A DNA stretch of 64,000 nt from the human T2T-CHM13v2.0 reference genome, Homo sapiens: the NCBI RefSeq assembly GCF_009914755.1, contig NC_060937.1. One strand, given 5' to 3'. The position numbers and the translations under genes were made by a program. Below are positions 60,051 to 64,000 of the stretch, in pieces (within the stretch, counting starts at the first letter, position 1; each line of letters opens with the position of its first letter). The notes under the pieces are model-generated. The model was given only the letters and a program-made list of their open reading frames with translations, did no database searches and was not told the origin of the DNA.

Positions 60051-60989
60051 GTAGTAAATGGATTCCATTTTCCTTTCTCCAGAAGGGGATCGCAGGTCTT
60101 CATGCATCTGTGAAGGATAATGCAGAACGGCTCATTTCCAACTGCTTGCATCTATGAAGCAAAATAAAATCCAACAGATACTAGAACAAGATCTAGTTGT
60201 TGTCTTCTTTAAGAAATCATTTGAATTTTAAGAGCAGGATTAAAATGAATTAAGCTACAACATTTTAAAAACCAGATATTGTAGTCTGGCTTTGAAACAC
60301 AACCTCAAATGCCTACCTGAGCCAGGTATGTAGCCAGATGAGTGGGGCACGTCAGCCACTGACAGCATGGGGCCATCACAGGTGTGGTGGGGCCATGGCA
60401 GCCGGAGGACCAAATCGATTCTAAAGTGAGCAGCTTCTGTGACTCAGCACAGCTGATGACTGTCACATGGGAATACAGACTCAAAGCTGCTAGAACTTGG
60501 AACAATATCCCAGTTTCAGAAGAGATATCACTAATTCACATTATTTTCTTAAACACTGCATAAAATCATGTCTGAGCAGCAGCTCTGGTTAGTGGGCTTT
60601 ATGTGGTCTGAGGACCCTGGATTGTGAACTCCAATCTCAGCTGACTCCTTGCCAGTGGTGTTTCTCAAAGTGAGTTACACTTTACAGGTTCAGCAGGCCA
60701 ATTCTCACTGCATAGAAGAATGTTTCTAAACTCTTATATTCCTACCACATGGGAAGGTAATTGCTTTTTATAATTATGCCAAACATTATTCTTCCCATGT
60801 GTTATTTTACAGTTCGAAGTCAACCTCAACATTTACCTTTTTGACATATATTCTACTCATCTAACTATTTACTGCCCCTTGGCTCTGACATGCTCAACTT
60901 GCATTATGTTAATCGGCAGTTATATTTCTTTGTAATATTGTTTCAGGTTTTATGCATGTATGTATACCAATGAAGGTAGTGAACTCAAA

Positions 60990-63035
60990 AATTATGTCTA
61001 AAACCTAATAGGAATTTGTTCCTTTCTTTCTTATAACAGTCCTAAGCAGTTTCAGGTTGGGGACGTGGCCAAGAACTCTGGTCCTACTCGGTCACTCAGG
61101 GGCCCAGCCCAAGATGAGGCTCTGCCATCTTCCAACACGTGGTTTTCAAAGTGGTTGTAGTTGTCTCCAATCAGTTGGCTGGAGGGTAAAGAGCATGGAG
61201 GATTGCCCATGGGAAGTTTTTATGAATCAGGCCTGGAAATGACAAAATGACATTTATGCCCACATTTATTTCACTAGAATTAATCACGTGGGTTCACCTA
61301 GCTGCAAGAGAACCTGGGAAATGCAGTCTGTGTAACCAGGAAGAGAGGAGGCTTTTTGGAAAACACCTACCAATTTTTGCCAATGGATTCTAACGTATGT
61401 TTCATCTTCTTGCCCTCACAGAACACACTCACCCTCTCCAGGGGCAATAACCCAAAGTCCCATTGAGCTACTATATCCAGCTCAAAACTCCAAATCTGTA
61501 GATGAGGCACAGGTCTGAATGTGGTGGCTCCTTAAGGTCTGGTGATCTGTAATCTAAGACAAATTATCTTCCCTTCCACTGACAATGCACAATGGTGGAG
61601 TGCAGCATAATAATTGCAATAAACCTTCCATTGGAAGCATAGGAAACACACAGTAGGCTCCAGCCCTCAGCTATTAGGAAATCCTGTTGGGCAGGCATTG
61701 AGAAGATCCCTTTGCCCTGGCAATAGGGGAAGCTCTCCCATTAGACCATGATTCTATTCTCTGGGAAGAAACCCTTGGTGCATTGTTCTCTAAAACTGCA
61801 GGCCTCTTACCTCTGGGAGGCTTTTCTTGTCCAGTATCCCCCAGGGCCATGTATGAAATGGATGTTGGAGATAATGCTCTTCCTGGGAGCTAGACAGCTT
61901 TAGGCTCCCACTTCACCCACTTCCATCTCCTGCCAGTGTTGGGGGGGCCTGAGGGTTGTTTGAAGGTTTCAACAAAGTTTTCTTGCTGTTATTAAGTCTG
62001 GGTTGGCTGGTGATTTACTTGGTAGTAAATGTTCTTCAAAAACTTAGTAAGCTTCTCCCTTCTCTGTTTCCAGTCATTTTAATGTTATCAGTAGCAAGAC
62101 CTAAAACATTCTTCTGCACATGCCTGTACTTCTGCTCCCCTACCTCTATCCACTGGACAGTGACCATGCAGAAGTCATCTGAAACAAAAGGCATATATGG
62201 GGAATTAATACCCTTTGTCTACTCTTTGCTGAAGGGATAAAGCACCTTAACTGAAAAGGCTTAATGGGCCCTACTGATTTCCAGCTCCTTGGGGTGTAGA
62301 AGCAATAGGCTTTTCCAGTATCAAATAGCCCCAAATTTCTGCATTTCTTTTTCCCTTTCCTTTGTACTTACAAACTAATTCTTTTGTGAGCTCACCTTTT
62401 CCCTGAAAAACATCAGAGGAGTAACACAGTGAAGAGTGAAAGGTCCTAACATTCTTGTACCAGCTACGTGCACACCAGGCACATGGCCAGCCTTCTAAGT
62501 TATTGCTGGCCACAGTTTTAGAAAACATTTTGTCACTTCACAATATGGGTCTTGATCTCTCTAGCCTCCACTAGTTTCATCACCACCCACCACCAGCCAA
62601 CCATAGTCAATGCCCCATATTTAAGGTTTTTTTGACATCACTCCACTTCAGGTACTGATAACCATATTAGCAAAGGTTAGCCACTGAAGCTAATTTTAAA
62701 ATGCCTAATGGCGGCAACACTCTTGCTCATCCAAATATGCTGCCTGGTTCGTGGGGGAGGGCACTATACTTCGGTCATTCAGGGATCCAGCTGACAAAGG
62801 CTCTGTCACTCCCAAGGTTGCCGGGTCTTCTCCATCCCATCAGTGGAAGGAGAAGGAGCCTGGCAGATCACTGAGAATGGTTTTCTCATGGGCCAAGCCT
62901 GGGGGGCTTCAGTTACTTCATCACTCATCCACTGACTAAACCTGAGTCCCACGGTCACTCCTAACTCCAAGGGGGCGGGGAGATGTAATTCAGGCGTGTG
63001 CCCAAGTGGAATAGAAAATGGAATCTTAGGCAACC
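60990..63035 (-). mobile_element. Degenerate MLT1 (MaLR) provirus: LTR ~60990-61385, internal ~61390-62655, LTR ~62660-63035
   Basis: Two similar LTR-like blocks flank MLT-int-like sequence (aacccaaagtcccatt...atccagctcaaaactcca; ccacttcaggtact). Confidence 0.55.
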
Positions 63036-63120
63036 AGCTTGTCGCAGTTTGCCTGGGACTTTCATGGATGTGACATTGAAAGTTCCACTACTCAGAACAC
63101 CCTCAGTCCTGGGAAAACCA
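63036..63120. mobile_element. Small hAT-Blackjack-like MITE (MER81/MER94-like)
   Basis: ttgtcgcagtttgcctgggact...tcagtcctgggaaaacca, with inverted ends. Confidence 0.5.
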
Positions 63121-63165
63121 GTTTAAGTAGAGACACTAAGTCTCACTGTTTAAGTAGAGACACTA
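63121..63165 (+). repeat. 18-bp direct repeat, 27-bp period
   Basis: gtttaagtagagacacta at 63121 and 63148. Confidence 0.85.
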
Positions 63166-64000
63166 CCTCTTCTGTTTTCTTGGTCTCTGAATCTACAGTG
63201 ACTACAAACCACTTATCAGGGCATGAATTGGATGCACTTATGAGACAACAGGGCAGATTATTGTAACTGAAATATATGTGTCCCTGAAAATTTGGGTCAT
63301 GTGTTATATAACCTTGGTGATACACATCTACAAACATGGTCTTTGTTCCTAAATGAATCAGCTATAAAATGTAGTGGTAGGGGATATACCGCATTGAAAA
63401 ACACTACTCATTTAACAAGAGTTCCTAGAAGAATTCCCAGAAATATTTCTGCCAAAGGGTTCGTCTGAGAAGGAACAACAAATGAATAATTCAGATATTA
63501 TATTGCATAAGGCAAATTTTGCCAGAAAACAAACTACCTCATTTATCTTAAAGACAGCTTATGTGAACTGTCCTTGGGGACAGGGACTGTGGCTCATTCA
63601 CTACACTATCTCTGGCTTCTAGCAGGTACTCAGTAAATGTTCTCTGAGTAAGTTAACACATGGTTTTCAACACAAAGTACCAGTTTACTGTGCACCATAG
63701 TCACACAAATAGCCTGTGCCCCCTTTCTCTCATCAAAAAGAAGAGATTTTCCTGATTTATTTTGAGCTGAAGGGTGGTGAGCTGCCATTTAGGGCAGATT
63801 CTAGTTCTTGAGACAGTCAGACGACAGAAGGCGGAGGGGACACATGTGGCCTGTGGGCCAAACCAGCTTAGTAGGTGTGCTCTCTTATTTGGTCTGTGCA
63901 GTGTCCAAAAGTCAGGCATTTCCAGACAGAATCCTGGATTTATGGAACTTGGAAGAAATTGGAAGATCAAGCAACACAGTGCTTGAATTCCCATATGGCA

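Overview
This is human (primate) genomic DNA, rich in Alu, L1, L2, MIR and LTR repeats. It holds one complete protein-coding gene, SERP2 (RAMP4-family ER membrane microprotein, 65 aa), on the + strand. SERP2 has a CpG-island promoter (~7.0-8.2 kb), three coding exons (7785-7868, 13400-13472, 31046-31086) with canonical GT-AG junctions, and an AATAAA at 31465. The rest is intron and intergenic sequence. It includes about 20 Alus, a CpG-rich solo LTR12 (ERV9) at 47150-48521, MER21, MLT2 and MLT1 LTRs, hAT DNA-transposon fossils and microsatellites. From memory, the lncRNA TUSC8 lies just 3' of SERP2; I cannot verify this here. Almost all ORFs in the supplied track are repeat or low-complexity artefacts. 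I found no convincing new multi-gene system. The most interesting signals are regulatory hypotheses: a complete-looking cryptic alternative last exon in SERP2 intron 2 beside a UG/UGCAUG tract, a stop-start uORF pair upstream of SERP2, duplicated HSE-like 41-mers in intron 1, a well-formed antisense exon upstream of the promoter, and an LTR12 whose promoter motifs are kept but whose poly(A) signal appears lost. Repeat subfamily names and old-repeat boundaries are by eye and approximate.
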